Source: Tubulanus polymorphus
Lineage: Eukaryota; Animalia; Nemertea
Length of the DNA: 64,000 bases
Reading direction: 5' to 3'
NCBI RefSeq assembly: GCF_964204645.1
Contig: NC_134026.1
Coordinates: forward strand, 17,518,150 to 17,582,149
The notes beneath the pieces were generated by a model that saw only the letters and a list, made by a program, of their open reading frames with translations, made no database searches and was not told where the DNA came from. Below are positions 27,411-40,851 of the stretch, piece after piece. The stretch's first letter is position 1; each line of letters opens with the position of its first letter. A program made the position numbers and the translations under genes.

Positions 27411-27662
27411 TAATCAGTACCGGTATATATTGGTATTTAGTCCTAGCGTTTTAGCGATTTAGTCCTAGTGTTAGATGACTCATCGCAACAGGGATGACTC
27501 CTAGTAACTATCAGTAATGTACGTAAAAAGTGAAAAATACAAAAGATATATTCGATGTATATATTTAATTCCAGTTTCATTTTCCATCTATTTCATTATT
27601 CATATTTCATTATTTTCCATCATATTTTCCATGTATTTCATTATTCCATCTATTCCATTCAT

Positions 27663-30600
27663 TCATTTCCTTCGCAACCTTGTTGTAGGCGGTGCCTGCG
27701 ATAAACCATCGCTTAATTTATCAGCCTTACGCTGAAAATAGAAATCATGAGCCAATCGGTACAAACAATGAAATTCCTGTATGTAGCAAAGACATTTTTC
27801 ATTTCCCTACAAATGAATAAATCGCCTTAATTAGGCAGTGAATAAAGTTTTTTCATTTCATTGATTGAGATAAAATAAATACCTTTGCTTTGGCTTTTGT
27901 GCGCTTCGGTTGCACGTTGGTTGCACGACTTTGTTTCCCTTCCTGATTCTAAAAAGTAAAATAAAACGTGTCATGATATCACTCTTCGCCAACTAAAGGA
28001 AATAGGTTAATGAAATGAAGTTATCTATTATCAATACCTTTTCAATCGCTTCAACCTGCTTCGGCGGCATGTCATTAGCTTTTCCTTCTTCATTCTAAAA
28101 CGTGAAACAAAACGTGTCATGATATCACGCTTCACCAACTATAGGAAATAGGTTAATGAAATGAAGTTATCTATTATCAATACCTTTTCAATCGCTTCAA
28201 CCTGCTTCGGCGGCATGTCATTAGCTTTTCCTTCTTCATTCTAAAACGTGAAACAAAACGTGTCATGATATCGCTCTTCACCAACTATAGGAAATAGGTT
28301 AATGAAATGAAGTTATCTATTATCAATACCTTTTCAATCGCTTCAACCTGCTTCGGTGGCATGTCATTAGCTTTTCCTTCTTCATTCTAAAACGTGAAAC
28401 AAAACGTGTCATGATATCACTCTTCACGAACTATAGGAAATAGGTTAATGAAATGAAGTTATCTATTATCAATACCTTTTCAATCGCTTCAACCTGCTTC
28501 GGTGGCATGTCATTAGCTTTTCCTTCTTCATTCTAAAACGTGAAACAAAACGTGTCATGATATCACTCTTCACCAACTAAAGGAAATAGGTTAATGAAAT
28601 GAAGTTATCTATTATCAATACCTTTTCAATCACTTCAGCTTGCTTCGGCGGCATGTCATTAGCTTCTCCTTCTTCATTCTAAAACGTAAAAGAAAACGTT
28701 GTAATTTCATGTGTTATGATTTTTCTCTACAGCAACTACAGGTAATAGATCTAAATACCTTTTCAATTGCTTCAGCCTGCTTCAGCTGTATATATATCAT
28801 CGTCGTTGACCGGACTCACTGAAATGCACATAGAAAAAAGAAACTGCAATGTCGGTGTCGTTTTCAAGGTGACATTTGTTGATTTAGTAGTCTGCTTGTT
28901 AAAAATTTTACCGTTTCTTTTGGTTGCTTCGACGTTTTGAAGTCCTAGAAAAATGATCAATTTGTTGAATTGTTATCATATTGTATTTCTTCGAATATGA
29001 TTTTCATGTGCCAATTTTGTGCCAAGTATGTATTTAAACTTACTTTTCTTCAATGCAGTTCGAGTATCGGCTTCAAAATTGCTTAGGTAAATGCAGCTAC
29101 ACTTACTCGTGGCGCATGTCGATGGAATTACCTAAGACATAAAATGAAGTAACATGTTGAAACTATCGTTTACGATTTAATAGACCTTCTTTGATTGAAG
29201 TCAACTGAAATGAATAAAAAACCATACTAACAGAGTAAACAGCGCTCTCAGGTGAATCGACCGGCAAAAAGCGCCTCGGGACATTTGTTTTTCCACTCTT
29301 TTTTGCGAATGTTTTTGCCGCTGTAATAAAGCTCTCTGGTAATTCCTTTCGGTGAGTTGAGTTTTTAATACAAATGGCATCGATGCCATCGCACTTCGAA
29401 AATCGCACCATTTGTTGAACCTAGGTTAAAAGTGACACTCATATCATTTAGACTAGATCACACACTTATCATGCACATTATTTATAATTAATCCTTGGCA
29501 TTTGTGTATAATTTGTGAAACACCAATACTTACAACCGATAAAACATTCACATGTACGAATTCGAGGAGAACTGCAGCAAAACGCTCAAATGAAAGTTCT
29601 TTGTCGAAGCAAAGTCTTTTTTTGCAAAATTAGTTTTCAGATGTCGAGGTGAGAGATCTGCCAGTCTTCTAAAATGTAGAGCGAAATGTAAGATGCAATA
29701 AGAAATGGTCACTATATCGATATGATTAAAAACTGATTTCTTTGTCGATTTTGATCTTTTTTGAATCTGGTTTTTTTCCACCACTTACCTTTACAGGGCT
29801 TTCGGCCGCTTGTTCTGTATTGATATACGGAATGAGCTTTTGAGTAAAAAACTCATACACGTCATGCTCATACTCCTGCCAAAGGCCACAGCTTTTCAGG
29901 ATCTGAATGAAAGCGATAATATACATGATATGCAATTACAATGTTGGTTTCCTCGTTAAGAGCAGTAACAGCAATGTATACACTTACCACCATTTGCATG
30001 GTATACACCAAACAATATGGTGTTACAACTCTGGAGTGGCATTTCAGCTGTTCGGCGAAAGTCGGCATTACGTCGTTAACGTTGGCTTTCACACCTGACC
30101 ATGCCGAAATGGCCAGACCTGTAAGAAACAAGATTAGTTAATCGCCCTGTAAGTGAAAGTGAAACTTGGACTGGGATGATCCGAGTAAACTTACCCACAG
30201 ACGCAGATGCACCATCAATTAGCGTTGGCAACTCGTGAAATACCGATGCCGAAGACAGTGCCGGTTCCTCAAACGGGATCACGATGGCTCGCGTGTATAC
30301 CCTAGTGAAAAAGGAAAATAATAGTAAATTCATTGCGACTTTAGTTTAAAAACTTAAGAGACAAGCATCAAAATTTTGATGAACTTACCTTCGGTGCGGT
30401 GCTACGGACTGGTTTGTAGTAACAATCAATGTCGTATTCGGCTGTTTCATACCGCGCGACATAGTTCCACTGTACGGCCTATTGAAGAGATCAATCGTAG
30501 GATCATCCAATTCCTTCGACAGGGTTGGGTCATCGACTGCCACAGGAATATCCGTTTCGCTCAAAAGATCCAACAACTTCTCCTTGGTTGCCCGGGAAAT

Positions 30601-31790
30601 ATACTTATTCGGGCGCCCGAAAATCCCAAGAAGCGATTTCAATGACAGCGTTTTTCCGGTTCCCGGTGCACCGATAGCCACCGTCAGAGGACAGCCGCCA
30701 TACAGTTCAACTATTTCCCGATAGTGCAACGACATTATAACCACTACTAATCATTAGAAGGGCTGGACAAAAATTATGCCTCAAGACCTGTCGCAATAAA
30801 GTCAATAAGTTTCTCAACGGTTCCACGGAAAGTGGCTTTGAAATGACACAAGCCAGTTCATTTTTGGCAACATTTGGCCTTTGATATATGTCTGACACCC
30901 AGACAACGTCCGTACTTGGTGGTATGAAAACACCGTCCTCGTTCAAGAACAGGTCGTTCCCAAGAATCCAAATTCCGTCTATTTTACCGATGCGGAATGC
31001 CGCTCTCCGAGACGGGATCGCGCCGCCTTCCCGCTTCTTATACTGGAAGAGTCTGGCTAGCCTTGAATCACTCAAAGACAGTGATAGATGAAAAAAACGC
31101 ACGTTTATCTGCTTCATGAAAATTTGCTTGTTCATCGTTGACTCCGAAGTGATGAAGCAATCCCTATATTAAGAAATGAAAATATTAATTGGCTTAGCAT
31201 TTTATCTTCATGTTTTAGCCGATAATTCAGTTTCTAGAATATTTGTAATATTTAGTATATATATAGTTATATATTATATTGCATATACATTTTGTTGAAA
31301 TAATATTTATAGAGTAATGGCATAGCCGCAAAAAATTAAGTATAAATCACCATTGCTTCGTTAGATATTATACAATGCACCACTGGAGTGACGTAAAAGG
31401 AAAAAAACGAAACTGTGCAGATCAAAATGTTATCCGTAAGTTGTCGAAATGAATTCACTGGCCAGTAAAAAATAATAATGAAAGTTTTTAGAAGAAAGAA
31501 AAAAATACAAGACAAAATTGCGCGATAAAAATAGCTGCAAGTAATTGTGAAATGATATCGATGATAATAGTAGAGTCTAAGACTTACTTGCATGAGTCAG
31601 AACCCTCGGGCCAAACAGCAATTACATAACCAGAACTTACACCGGCAGTCACTTTGCACTTAATGTCAAATCGAAAATCTGATTGTGGAATGTATTTGTT
31701 CCCTTTGGTCTCCCCAAATGTGTGCTCAATGGTATCCTCAAAAAACTCGCCATCGCCTATCTGAACCCAAGAGACGGGTGTTACAGCCAT
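27663..31790 (-). pseudogene. Multi-exon AAA+/P-loop ATPase (helicase-like) cargo gene with lesions
   Basis: GT-AG exons at about 31588-31790, 30389-31164, 30195-30302, 29988-30118, 29789-29902, 29534-29668, 29236-29421, 29044-29131, 28912-28944, 28759-28818, five 57-nt exons, 27883-27948 and 27663-27731. Walker A GAPGTGKT, Walker B IPVAVDD, sensor-1 LIVTTN, TRAIVIPF. Frameshift near 30745, in-frame TAA near 29630, frameshift in an (AT)n tract near 28790. Confidence 0.75.
27950..28790 (-). repeat. 146-bp tandem repeat; each unit is a 57-nt exon plus an 89-nt intron
   Basis: Donor sites recur at 28035, 28181, 28327, 28473 and 28619. Each unit reads TTTTAG|AATGAAGAAGG...GATTGAAAAG|GTATTG (NEEGKANDMPPKQVEAIEK). 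Confidence 0.9.
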
Positions 31791-32194
31791 CTACAAGAAA
31801 AATGTTGAAATTTAAGACATTGGAGATCGGATTTTGAATCCATCTTCCCCGAGTCCCGTCATGGGACCGACTGTTTCGATACCGCTGAAAAGTAGTACCT
31901 ATTATCTAAGGATGAAGCACTGATTTACTGATTTACTGTATTCCAGATTTTGTCGAATACCATGAATATTGTAGAGTGTGTCCAAAAAATTATTTAGAAG
32001 TTAATATATAATTTTTAATGAATGTTTTTGAAAGATTACTAATCAGTAGGATGTCTTCTTTGAATATCTAAGACTAATTATGAAGCAATCGGTGTCAAAT
32101 CATGAGATATTAAATTAGGCTGTTTACTTATTATGTTGTCAAATAATCTTTCCAAGAAAGCTCAATTGATATAATCACTCGAAAAAGCTTCAAT

Positions 32195-32520
32195 TACAAT
32201 TACAATTATAATCAGTTTATTGCTCCACAAAATTTACAGAATTCATACGAACACGGTTTAAATGAGATGAAATACATGAATATATACTTATCAATCAATT
32301 GACAATAGTTTAAGGCGGACATCGAACAGTACATATTTAATACGAGTTAGAGAAACTTTGATCCTTGCTGTATCAAGCGAGACAGGTTACAGAGCTGTTT
32401 GCTCTTAGAATTGAATAATTGTATCAATTTGCAGGTATGGTTTAATGAACAGGGTGCGAAGATTCTGAAGGAAAGGGCATTCTAGAACACAGTGGTACTC
32501 ATCCCCAATGATTTTCAAAA
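32195..32520 (-). mobile_element. Non-LTR retrotransposon 3' fragment
   Basis: IIGDEYHCVLECPFLQNLRTLFI (ORF2 C-terminal zinc knuckle), then AATAAA and a short (GTAATT)n tail. Confidence 0.7.
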
Positions 32521-35500
32521 CCAAGTGATGACTATAGAAAATCTGACAAAAAGAACTACCTTTTATGTAATTTACGTCCTAAAGTGTACTAAACTTGTTT
32601 CCAAAATGTAAGATTCAACAAATAACAGCAAATCCATGAAAAATGAATGACATAAAATCATCGACTTAGAAGTAATTTTAACTAAATATGGGAACTAGTT
32701 ATTGTAACTTAAATACTGACCATGAATGTATGGAATTTATATCCGATAGATTGACTTCATTAAATGATGATGAATTAAAATTAAGAACCGGATTTATAAT
32801 CATGGTAAAAATGAAGATAGTCATCACGATATAGAAATTGTAGTTGTATACGAGCTATGTTTAAGTTAATTCAATAATAAGAATCCGAAATATGACTTAT
32901 CTGGACAATTTAATTGGTCCCCATGAATAAACTAAAGCATTGAATTATGAAATTGACTAAAATAGAAAATATAAATTGTGGAATTAAAATAAAGTATGAA
33001 AATGAATCAAACGTATCCTTTCTCCGCTGTTTTTACTATAAAAACTAACTGCTAGCTGAGATAATATCCTATATAAAATGTAAGAAAAAAGTATATTGAT
33101 TAATCTCAGAATACCCGACATAAAAAAATCTGGAATTTTGAAACACCGAATAATTCTAAAATTAATTATTACAGACGTCTTTAAAACATAACAAAATTTA
33201 AGAGAAAAAAAGAAGTTTAGGAAGAGAATATGTCGATGAGCAACCTGAAAAAAATGTATTAACAATGCAGATTCTAAAACTATTTCTAATATAAGCCTTG
33301 TATTCATTAGAGATTAAAGATAAAATTGATATACTCGAAACATAGTATTAAAATTGGTCCTACAGCTATCAATTCAGGTATACCAAGGTATAACACCAGA
33401 AGAATATATCGTAATAATGTATTAATATAATGAACAAATAAAGGATTTAGTAACGGCTGTTGATCATATAATTAGTATGTATTAGTAATCTTCATTAAAT
33501 CTGATGAAAAAGTAGAGCTTAATATTCAAACATGTTTCGGAGAAATTGAATTTAAACAAAATGGATAAAGATTAGATTATATGTTCAATGAATTTAAACG
33601 TCATATTGAAGAGAGGTATTTCCCAGATTGATTATCATTTGATGAAACAATATAATCAGATCTTAATACTCATGATAATGCAAAAAAGAATTTCGCAGAC
33701 TACATCCTGATGTTGAAAATGCTTGTTCTAGAATAACGAATTATCGTAAATATGAATACCAACTCCTAGTTACTACACCAGTAAGCATATACTATAATAT
33801 ATAATTTATTCCTAAAATATCAAGATTTAATGATTTAAAAATAAACATGTGCTTGAAAACCATGATAAAAATGTATTTCTGTAGAAAGTATATACCTAAT
33901 TTCATGATTGAAAATATGCTAAGAATTATGTGAGGATATTCTAAAATTGATTATACCCAAAAATAAAGAAATAAATCAAAATTAACTAATTATGAATTTA
34001 AAGATATAGTTCCATTTATCATATATGGGGATTTATATTATATATGGGAATCATTAAAAGATTATTAGATGCTGATAGAAAAGAAATTATTGAAAAAGAC
34101 AAATCATCAAAATCATTAGATGACAGGAAATAATGATAAGGAATAATGATAACGCAATACAAAATCATCCAATTATAAGTCGTACAATTAAATAGTTCAA
34201 AGAGCCGCTGCCTATGGAATATATATCATTATCTATATGAAAGTCAATATATGTATATTTATCGTCGTTAATAAATTTCATAATAAAATTATTGAATTAG
34301 AATGTGATTTTCAAATTATTAAGTGAAAATAAAAGATTAGTAATGACACCCTAAAGATTAGGTTGATTATAACTCATTATCTGTTATGTTTTGAATAATT
34401 TAAATAATCAAATCATTGTTATTATTGTGAAGAACAGCTTTGATTAAAAGGTACGCATTCATGATCATTTACCGGTAAATACGTAATGTTGCACACGAAA
34501 ATTCTAATTTACAAACTAAGAAAGAGTTCATTTTGTCCATTTTCCATAATTTAACTACAGGAAATCGCACTCATTTGTTTATGAAATAACTATCTGGAAA
34601 TCTAGGTACAATTAATCAAGAAATTGAAGAATAAAATGCAATTATTGAAAAAATCTACGAAAAGCTATTCTAATAGCTAAAACATCAGAGAATTATTCAT
34701 CATATCAATGCGATTACGAGATTTTTATAGATTTTTTAGGACGTTCATTGTCTAATTAAGCAAAATGTTTAGCAGATAATGATTTTATAATAACATTTAA
34801 TTGGATATTACTATCCAAATATTAGCGCAATTTCTAACTGATTTAATAAAACACACGATCATTGTTAAGTAAATGATTCATTTAAATTAACTGAATTATC
34901 AAAAGCAATTTTAAGATGTGTATGTAAAAGGTGAAGTTTGTAATAGAACATTAACTTTACTTGACCTTAGGTGTATTAAAGCAAATGATTATTATAAACT
35001 GATATATAGAATGAAAATAATCTACGTGGATGCGCAATTTCATATCTTAAAAATGCCGATTGACCCTGATATTTCCTTAATTGGTAGATTTCGTTTGATT
35101 TTTTAATGTCATGTCCTTTCAAACCCTCCACACCTGCTGGGAGCGAAACAGGGGGTTTATATTTTGAAATTGGAAATCGAAGTACAGATATAGTTGTGTG
35201 ATCGGCGCCCAACTATTTCTTTTTAGTTAATTAAAAATATCCTGACAGAATAAAATCTAAATATCTAAAAATCTACGTCATTGTCCTGAACGTATGAATG
35301 TCAATGATAGTTAACTAAGCGATTATCAGGAGAAAACAAAATCCAAAGACCAATACGATATCTAAAACAATTTCGTGAATTTTTTTTCCAAATTAATGAA
35401 TAATATTTTCTAATTAAAACATCCGAGAATACTAGAAACCGAAATGAAATAGAATTGGTAAATAATCCTGAAAGATTACGACATTTACAATCGAGCCCCA

Positions 35501-38040
35501 GACATTTAGGAAATAAAAGATTTGAGGATTTTCTAACGACGGTAAAACTGAAAAGAACGTACATGAAGTTTAACTTTACATTTATTGGTTCAACCGTATT
35601 AGCAAAATCTAACTTGTAAATGCATTGTTTCTATTATAATGTTACTATACCATTTGAATAGCATATCGGAATTCTATATTTCGACGGCCGATACGCCAAA
35701 TATTATCAAAATGTAATAAGATGTTAATTAGAAGAATATTAGAAGGTTAAACACGAGTATTCAAAATAGGATTTGTTTTCACCAAATTCGTAATATACAC
35801 AATGCATATTTCCGTGATTGCGTGAACTGAGTACCACGAGTTATCACTACTAATATTCACACATCTAAAAATGTATTCAAAAAGCTAATCAAAAAGTGTG
35901 ATTATCTGACGTCCATGCTTGTTGTCGATGCAATATTTTGAGTAATATTATATCACATCACGCCTATATGAAGAATACTTACCACGATCGAGTTACTCTT
36001 TCGATTCCCTCCTCTGTTAAAGTCAGTTCTGACAAGATCACCTTTCTTCTAGCGCAAGACTGAATGTACTATGAAATCACCTGAATATCTGATCACCTTG
36101 GAATTTCTCCTACACAACAACAATACTGATCTGGCGGAGCTCACCTTTTATTGACAAGGAGTCAAAAACATAAAATTATAAAATTCAGCGATTGGGCCAA
36201 TTTATGAATTGTTTCAACCCACTGAATAATCATTAACTGTCACCGCCAAGTGTGGGCGTGCCACACACGTGCGATACTGCGCTGCAATGAGGTAACGTAA
36301 TTAATGTCAACATATGAACCTAATCAAAATCAAAAGTTCATTAAAAAATGTTTTGGAGTCATCGATAAAAATCCGCAAGACGAGTGGTTTTGTGTGTGGT
36401 GACCGAAAAAATGGCCAAGGACGTAACACAATAAGACCATGGAAAATGCCCAGCAAAAAATGGCCAAAAAATTTACCAGCTAAGAAAATCACCCGAAGAA
36501 AATAAAAATCGTTAACAAACATTGAATTTCCCAAAATGTCAGCATGGCGTTGTCTTTCAACATTTTCGTGGAAAGCTCTACTAATGAAACAAATTATTTT
36601 TCGAAAATTAATTTTGTTTGAATAGTTTTTTCTCAGACGCGCATTTATACATTTAGTGTTCTGTGAAATTTTACTTACTGTGGAGCAAATAAACTAAACT
36701 GAAACTAAGAAATGATTTCACAGCCAATTCCGAGGTAAACCCCGTAAATATAGGTTGATAATATGCCCAGGTTAAAAATCCCATCGGTAGAAATTTCCCG
36801 ATAAAAATGGTACATGGAAAATTTCGTTAAAATCTAACATCAATTCAATAAATTCCCCCAAATTTGATGTCACCGCAAATTTCAAGAATACACTTCAATA
36901 TACTAATGTTAAAAAAGTTGAATAGCTTTCAAAAAAATCAAAATTTCCGTTGTGTTTTTTCGTTCTAGTATTCACCTTGGGTAATCTTTGACTTTTGAAT
37001 GTAGATAAAAATGTTCCGGGAATAATTGTCCCATAAGGTAGAAAAAGATATCATTACTAGGTTAGTAAAATTCACATCAAAACAACACCAGAGAACAAAC
37101 TTGTTAATTGTGTAAATTGCACACTAACGATAAAAAAGAATTCATTGAGTGACCATGAGAATTTAAGGCCTAGAATTTTGGCAATTTTGCCTATTGAGAA
37201 CATGTGAACTCATTACATGATACATCAAATTTAAGAAGATGTTACATTTATAATACAAAAAATTACATCAAATTGGAACAATTATTTGTAATCAAATGTT
37301 AAGATTGTTAATAAAATGTATTACCAAGTTTGTTCTCTGGTGTTATTATGATGTGAAATTAACAACAATACCAATTTAGTAATCATAGACTGGGATTTTT
37401 TTTCCAGGGACATTTTTTTCCCTGGGATATTTTTTCCGGGGACATATTTTCAGACACTGGACCCTTAGTTATACCTTGGTTTGCTTAGTTAAATTAGTTT
37501 GCTATATGAATCATCACACAATTTAAACCTCTCCTTAGAGGATCTATGATCATAGTCTGCACCCTAATTGTTTAATATCTCTTGTTGAAATAAAAGTTAA
37601 TGGATTAAAAGTTAATGATTACCACTAAGTGTAATTTTACCACTGCTTGTCACTTATTGAGACTTTCCTAGGTTATCATTATTATTATAATTATTATACG
37701 ATATTTATATAGCGCCTTAATCCAAAAATGGCTCTTAAGCGCTTTACAAATAAAAACATTAAGCTTACTTAGGGTTACTCATAATGAGTACACGGTACAC
37801 GGTAAAAATGGTAACAGGCAAAAATCACCCCGGTAAAAATCCCCCCCAAATTTGATTCATTGAGTGACCATGAGAATTTTAGGCCTAGGGTGTCGGCATT
37901 AATTAATTTTGCCTGTTGCCATTTTGCCTGAACTCATTACATGATACTTCAAATTAAAGAAGATGTTACATTTATAATACAAATTATTACATCAAAGTAG
38001 AGCCATTTTGTAATGAAATGTTAACATTGTTATCAAAATG

Positions 38041-38714
38041 GGTGAACGGAAAAAATGGCCAAGGAAAAAATGGACAGGAAAAATGGCCGAGGAAAGAATG
38101 GCAAAAGGAATATTTGCCTAGGAAAAAATGGCGAAGTAAAAAATGGCTACGGAAAAAAGGCCAAGGAAGAATAAATGGAAAACTGACTGTCATTTTATTA
38201 ACTATCATGAAATAATAATCCGATGTTTTGGCATGTCACTTTCTGAGATTCCTGAATTAGTTTAGGTAGATTTACGATGATCATATCTCACTTTGATGTT
38301 ATCAGAAACTGCACCAGTTTGCTATAAAATCACCACACAATTTCGATGCATATACCTTTGATCATTTGAGACAATCTGTGCCCTAATAGCTTACTTGGAT
38401 GTTTTGAATTATTAACTTAGTTATTTTATTAAGTTTAAATTCAATACTAGTAAGTTTATTCATTGACCACTTGCATGATAGTTCTTGATATATTCATCAT
38501 ATGTAATGAAATGAAATGTAAGCTCATCACATTTCGGAACTCATTAATACCGATTTTGATTGTTTTAAGCCCATGAAAAATATATGATGTCATTAAATTG
38601 AAAGCTTAATGTTTTATTAATATTAGCAGTAGTTCTCATAAATTTTCCTTGGCCTTTTTTTCCGTGGCCATTTTTTCCTGGCCATTTTTACATTGGCCAT
38701 TTTTTCCTACATTC
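38041..38714. mobile_element. Non-autonomous Mutator/foldback-like element (AAAAATGGCC subterminal repeats)
   Basis: GGAAAAAATGGCC repeats at the left, GGCCATTTTT repeats at the right; diverged 9-bp flanks ATCAAAATG/ATTAATATG. Relatives at 44270, 45238 and 51945-52011. Confidence 0.65.
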
Positions 38715-39665
38715 ATTAATATGTATTACCAAGTTTGTTCTCTGGTGTTATTATGATGTGAAATCAGGAAGATTACCAACTTACTAATAATAGACAGACT
38801 GGGATAGTTTTTTCGGGGACATATGAGGGTATTCTGGGTGGGGGGATTCTGGGTGTGGGATTTTGGGCGTATCCCCATTTTTACCGTATACCATTTGAAA
38901 TGTGCGATGAACCCTCAGGTACTAATTTAGTATCTATGAACCGTTGATTTGTAGTATGTTATAATTCAAATGGTATATACTTAAGTTAATATCCTTTATA
39001 AGGGCGCCAGAAACAATTTCAGTAATTTGTAAGGATAATGAGAAAGAAAGACAAACAATTTTCAAGTGTGAATTGTGATTATGTGATAGTTCAACATGTG
39101 TTAAAATTCATCACAAAGCAGATTCTATCCAATTCAGTGTAACGATGTCTCCTTAAACAATGGTGACTGGGCGCCGAAATATTTGATTTGTTTATTCAAC
39201 TTGCATTCTAATTTCTTGCAGTCCTTTGAATACTGATAACATTAACCAACTGGGGAATAATTGGACAGTAAGTGTCTGCCTGGCAACCCAACTTCCATGT
39301 CAAATGACTGTTAAACAATGCACTTTCCTCACACCTTGGAGTAAGTCTGATTACTCCAAGCACAATAAGCCAGGTGTTATTGATATGTAAAATCCCCCCC
39401 CCCCGGAAATGATGCAAATTAAATTAACTCATGATTATTGCCAAGGTAGTTGTGTTTTGTCGCATCCGCCTGTTTGTTATCGGTTAGCATATTAACTCTA
39501 TAAGATATGAACAGATTGCCGCAAAATTTCTTAAACTTTTAAGCTTATCTATTTACACGATTGTTGGAAAAAATGCCACCAGAAAAAAAATTATCTTGAA
39601 CTCACTTCAGAGCAACCGGCACCAGTACCCTTAAAATATATATTCGATCCGAAGTAGCCGTCGAT

Positions 39666-39979
39666 CAATGGGATACCGGCAACACGGCGCAACTAAATAA
39701 TTTAACATTTCATTTCTCTCTCAGTATGGTATTGATTTCACTGAAAATTGATTTACTAATCAGACTTTTGACTCGAAGTCAGGCCCGTAGCAAGGAGTAA
39801 AATGGCGATGAAGCTGCCTTGGGATCAGATAGACGCCTTAATTAGAGAAAAAAACACCTTAAAGAAGTTTATTGAAATTGAAGCGCGGTTACCCAGTGCC
39901 ACTAGCGACCCGGCGGGTTATCGCTGAATCATCATTCCCATCATTCCCTCTTATCAGTAGCCTTGCCGGTATCCCATTG
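39666..39979. mobile_element. Small TIR element
   Basis: CAATGGGATACCGGCAA...TTGCCGGTATCCCATTG with GAT on both sides. Confidence 0.6.
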
Positions 39980-40851
39980 GATGGTTGGAAAACCAGTTTG
40001 AATGTTGTCTCCATGATAAGGCGACTTCAGTAAACAGAGCTATTCTGTTCTTTCGTGAATCTCGATTTTCCAACATCAAAAAATGCGAAAAAAATCAAAA
40101 CAATTCTTACCTAGGTACGACGGCAATGAATGCATTGGGAATGTGGAAGCTGAACAGCCGAAGGCAGCGGCCTTCACTGCTGGAAAGGTAATGTTTCTTT
40201 ATATAATTTTTAGACCTCGCAAAATAGTAATGATCCGTGCTGTTTATTAAGTCAATATGATATCCCTATTTGCTGTGGTTGTAGGGAAAAAAATCGGTTA
40301 GCGGTAAAAATCCCCTTGGTACAAATCCCTTGGTAAAAACCCCCTTGGTAAAAATCCCCTAGGTAAAAATCCCCAATTCTTCAAAGTAGGTAAAAATCCC
40401 CCTTCTTCTGAATGGAGTGTAAGTAGACACAATATTAAGCTCAATTAATTCATATTATTGATACATATATCTAATGTATTCATATTTTACTGTGGAATGT
40501 CTAAATCTTGAATATCTTGAATATCTGATGTATTCAAGGGTTTTTTTTACCTACAACCCTATATCCTTGGAAAGGATCCCCTGGCTCAAAATCATCTAGG
40601 TAATTATCTCCTGGGTAAAAATCGCCTAGGTAAAAATACCAAAATATTTACAGTACGTAAAAATCCTCATTTGGTGACTTTAAGGAACATTTCAAAGCAA
40701 AATGTTTCTCCAATGTTATTCATTTGAAATGTTTGAACTGGTGGTCGTTTGAACTGCGCAATGAAATCTTTTGTTAGGATAAATTCTTAAGTAAACTCTT
40801 AGAATGAAATAAATTATTAACATTGTGGTATATTTGAGCGGTGAACTGAAA

